Virus record (IMG/VR): IMGVR_UViG_3300031949_000121
Coordinates: 1-33,119 of that record
Reading direction: 5' to 3' (one strand)
DNA: 33,119 nucleotides
Origin: a virus
Lineage: Duplodnaviria; Caudoviricetes
The notes beneath the pieces are model-generated. The model worked only from the letters and a program-made list of their open reading frames with translations. It searched no databases and was not told the origin of the DNA. A program made the translations under genes and the position numbers. Shown in pieces: positions 32,377 to 33,119 of the stretch. Each line of letters starts with the position of its first letter. Position 1 is the stretch's first letter.

Positions 32377-32594
32377 GCGGAAGGCTCCTGGCTGGCCAGC
32401 GCTACCGCCGCCTCACGCTGTGCACAGGGGCGGCAGTAGTAGCGCCCGCCATAGGTGACGTTCGTGCCGGCCCTAGAGACGGGGATCTCGGGCGGGCAGC
32501 GCAGACAGCGACCGAAAGATCGCCCGCCCTGGACGGGGCCAAGCCCGGGGATCTCCGCGGGCCAGCCGCCGATGAGATTGTGTGGCTCGGCCAT
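32373..32594 (-). CDS. Small Zn-finger hypothetical protein
   Basis: 73 aa from ATG 32594; CLRC...CRPC. Confidence 0.55.
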   Translation of the reverse strand: MAEPHNLIGGWPAEIPGLGPVQGGRSFGRCLRCPPEIPVSRAGTNVTYGGRYYCRPCAQREAAVALASQEPSA

Positions 32595-32842
32595 CAGCGC
32601 GCGTCCTCGTCTGCGAACCACCACTTCGACTCCTTGGGCCACACGCTCCGCAGGATCGGCTCCACTGTCTCCAGCGTGGCGACGGCCCGGTCGAGGTTCT
32701 GGGCGCAGCTCGAGCTCTGGCGCAGGGCGTAGTTCAGGTCGCGCTCGTCGAGCCAGTGCTCGCGGACGGCGCCGACCGCGTAGCCCGAGATGAACATGGC
32801 GAGGGCGAGCCAGAAGGTCCGATCGCGGGCGGCGTCGCTCAT
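32594..32842 (-). CDS. Small single-TM protein
   Basis: 82 aa; FWLALAMFISGYAVGAV hydrophobic segment. Confidence 0.6.
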   Translation of the reverse strand: MSDAARDRTFWLALAMFISGYAVGAVREHWLDERDLNYALRQSSSCAQNLDRAVATLETVEPILRSVWPKESKWWFADEDAR

Positions 32843-33066
32843 GAACGGCCCTCGGCGGTTTCGGGGGGCGGGCCGAACCCGGCCTTGCCAGAGGCACCGT
32901 CACCGCGGGGTGCGTCCTCCCCACGGCATGACGCGGCCAGCGCCAGCGCGCCCCGCAACTCGATCATCGCCTTGCAGACGTCGAGCGTCGCCAGCATCAG
33001 CTGGATGGTGGCCGCTTCCTCTCGCTCTCGACGCGTTGGCCCGAAGATCAGATGGCGGAGGCTCAC
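32839..33066 (-). CDS. Hypothetical protein
   Basis: 75 aa; coupled at both ends. Confidence 0.55.
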   Translation of the reverse strand: MSLRHLIFGPTRREREEAATIQLMLATLDVCKAMIELRGALALAASCRGEDAPRGDGASGKAGFGPPPETAEGRS

Positions 33067-33119
33067 GCCTGGAACCTCTTGGGGGAGATGGGGTCGGGCG
33101 GGTCAGCCTGGCGCAACGC
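33063..33119 (-). CDS. 3' end of an upstream gene (partial)
   Basis: Open frame ALRQADPPDPISPKRFQA* ending in a GTGA overlap with the next start. Confidence 0.35.
   Translation of the reverse strand, partial: ALRQADPPDPISPKRFQA

Noticed and set aside
192-32439. Many long plus-strand ORFs (e.g. 192-1400, 12906-14027, 28215-29693, 30060-31202, 31306-32439)
   Set aside because: They are antisense shadows of well-supported minus-strand genes in high-GC DNA, with Arg/Gly/Ala-biased translations and no motifs.
1-33119. Integrase, att site, repressor, tRNA, reverse transcriptase/DGR or known defence system
   Set aside because: No supporting motifs were seen; lifestyle (prophage versus free phage) and host taxon cannot be fixed from this window.

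Overview
This window is a GC-rich (roughly 70%, estimated by eye) lambda-like tailed phage or prophage segment. Every credible gene lies on the minus strand, most coupled by 1-4 bp start/stop overlaps. In transcription order (right to left) it contains: (1) recombination and replication genes (YqaJ exonuclease, RecT-like annealase, Rad50/SbcC-like ATPase, RusA, ParB-like protein, several Zn/HTH proteins, an initiator with an internal origin-like repeat tract, a helicase-loader-like protein, a HerA-like ATPase); (2) a candidate late promoter with a three-hairpin leader and terminator; (3) a free-standing LAGLIDADG gene, a GH108 endolysin and a large envelope cluster (six small membrane proteins, a Pro/Cys-rich lipoprotein, a beta-barrel-like protein, an AN1-like zinc-finger protein); (4) a three-gene fibre-like module upstream of the terminase; (5) terS and terL; (6) four glycosyltransferase-like genes, a methyltransferase and a small HTH regulator inserted between terL and gpW; (7) gpW, portal, ClpP-type protease, decoration protein, lambda-E-type capsid, head-tail joining protein and the start of a tail-completion gene. 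The best candidates for new biology are the putative virion-glycosylation cassette and the putative ruler-templated fibre module, which may be its substrate. No integrase, att site, tRNA, rRNA or CRISPR array was seen. All family calls come from motif recognition by eye, not database searches, and many starts were moved downstream of the ORF-track starts.
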